The notes beneath the pieces were generated by a model. That model was given only the letters and a program-made list of their open reading frames with translations. It did not search any database and was not told the origin of the DNA. 64,000 nt of DNA, taken from Lingula anatina. Its lineage: Eukaryota > Animalia > Brachiopoda. Location: the NCBI GenBank assembly GCA_051362555.1, contig CM120640.1, positions 29,717,967-29,781,966 of the forward strand, in the 5' to 3' direction. Both the position numbers and the translations under genes were made by a program. How positions within the stretch are numbered: position 1 is the first letter of the stretch; each line of letters starts with the position of its first letter. Below, piece after piece: positions 62,801-64,000 of the stretch.

Positions 62801-63799
62801 TGTCAGCAAATTTGACTTGCTGAAGGGTTACTGGCAAGTACCTTAACTGACAGAGCTAAAGAAATTTCAGCATTTGTGACTCCAGATGGATTGTACCAGT
62901 ACAAAGTTATGCCATTCGGGATGAAGAACTCGCCGGCCACGTTTCAAAGGATGATTCATTCACTTCTGCATGATCTTAAGGGATGTGAAGCCTGTATTGA
63001 TGATGTCATTATCTACAGTGACACCTGGAAGGAGCATCTCCAGATTATGCGTGAATTCTTCAACATACTGGTGAAAGCAAATCTCATTGTGAACCTGGCA
63101 AAGAGTGAATTTTGTCAGGCTACTGTAGAGTATTTAGGTCACAGAGTGGGTCAGGGTTTAAGTACACCTATCATGGCTAAAGTAGAAGCCATCTCAGAGT
63201 TTCCAGTTCCTACCAACAAGAAAGAATTGATGAGATTTCTAGGTATGGCAGGATTTTACAGAAAATTTTGCCCAAATTTTTCCTCTGTTGTTAGTCCACT
63301 TACTAACCTCTTTAAAAAGAGGGTGATATTTAATTGGACAAAGGACTGTGATGAGTCCTTCAGGAAAATTAAGGCAATCTTTATGAGTAGTCCAGTTTTG
63401 TCAGCTCCAGATTTTGAGAGGCAATTTAAACTTGCTGTTGATGCTAGTGATGTAGGAATAGGAGCTGCTTTATTCCAGGAAAATGATGACAATGTAGATT
63501 GAGTTGTTTCTTACTTTTCAAAGAAACTTACAAAATGTCAGAAAAACTATTCTACTATTGAGAAAGAATGTCTTGCTTTGTTGTTAGCTTTACAACACTT
63601 TGATGTGTATTTGAATGTTACTTTACATCCTATTCTTGTCTACACAGACCATAATCCACTCACATTTTTGCACAAAATGTCAAATAAGAATCAGAGACTG
63701 ACAAGGTGGAGTTTGTTGTTACAAGAGTATGATATTGTTATTAAACATATTAAGGGCAAAAACAATGTCATTGCAGATGCCCTTTCAAGAGTGTCATAA
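58855..63799 (+). pseudogene. Disrupted gag-pol polyprotein of the Gmr1-like element
   Basis: Gag and protease share a frame once the MITE is removed (LILV|EEFKECV…CNYCKKKGHLIGEC…LRDTGA). Frameshifts near 60520, 60828, 62608 and 62844; stops at 61952-54 and 63500-02; YxDD reads CIDD. Confidence 0.88.
59641..59901. mobile_element. 261-bp MITE with 5-bp TSD inserted in gag
   Basis: TIR catgggcgtaactag / ctggttacgcccctg. TSD tagta at 59636-40 and 59902-06. Excision restores the gag frame. Confidence 0.9.
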
Positions 63800-63863
63800 T
63801 TGGACATATATATGCATTATTTAGAGTGTAAAATTTAAGTTTTCATTGATATTCAAACTTTTT

Positions 63864-63874
63864 AAGGGGAGAGG
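63864..63874 (+). promoter_or_regulatory. Polypurine tract
   Basis: aaggggagagg directly abuts the TG of the 3' LTR. Confidence 0.9.
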
Positions 63875-64000
63875 TGTTGTGTATAAGTAGGTCAGCTTAT
63901 GACGTCACCATATCGCGAGAGCATGAGTATCTCGAGAGCGTTAGTTTAGAGAGACGCTGGAGTATGAACGGATAGGAGACTGAGTTTTGTTTTGGGACTT
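63875..64000 (+). repeat. 3' LTR (truncated by the window edge)
   Basis: Identical to 58308-58433. Confidence 0.93.

Larger units (their letters stand above)
58308..64000 (+). mobile_element. Gmr1-like Ty3/Gypsy LTR retrotransposon (gag-PR-IN-RT-RH), running off the window end
   Basis: Paired LTRs, PBS and PPT. Gag with SCAN-like capsid segment and CCHC knuckle. Protease LRDTGA; integrase (HHCC, DCVGP…SDQGSNF…ERFHQ, YFGPY) lies before RT (RFCTDFRKVN, MPFGMKNSP, CIDD) and RNase H (VDASDVG, YTDHNPL, ADALSR). Confidence 0.93.

Overview
AT-rich eukaryotic genomic DNA, probably from a mollusc or other lophotrochozoan (inferred from the repeat families). It is not prokaryotic and has no CRISPR array. 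No intact host protein gene can be supported. The window is mostly nested transposons and decayed duplicated gene fragments. Retroelements: a near full-length Gmr1-like Gypsy element at 58308 to the window end (integrase before RT, tRNA-Pro PBS, LTRs identical over the visible 126 nt despite many ORF lesions); a second Gypsy remnant with chromodomain-like integrase and env-like ORF (33-37 kb); two RTE-X-like LINE remnants; a Penelope GIY-YIG relic. DNA elements: several Helentron-type HINEs and many MITEs with readable 3-, 5-, 6-, 8- and 9-bp target duplications. Also two minisatellites. Host-gene relics: tail-to-tail pseudogenised DNA polymerase iota and gluconokinase (IDNK), a lone HEATR3-like exon, two degenerate tRNA-Gly-like copies, and an unidentified minus-strand gene with mini-exons and a repeated domain (22.8-26.9 kb). 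The least explained signals are a ~60-bp motif in six co-oriented copies within two paralogous blocks (0-12 kb and 46-52 kb) and a long G:U-biased hairpin at 46.8 kb. All alignments were made by eye; coordinates without a TSD or splice site to anchor them are approximate.
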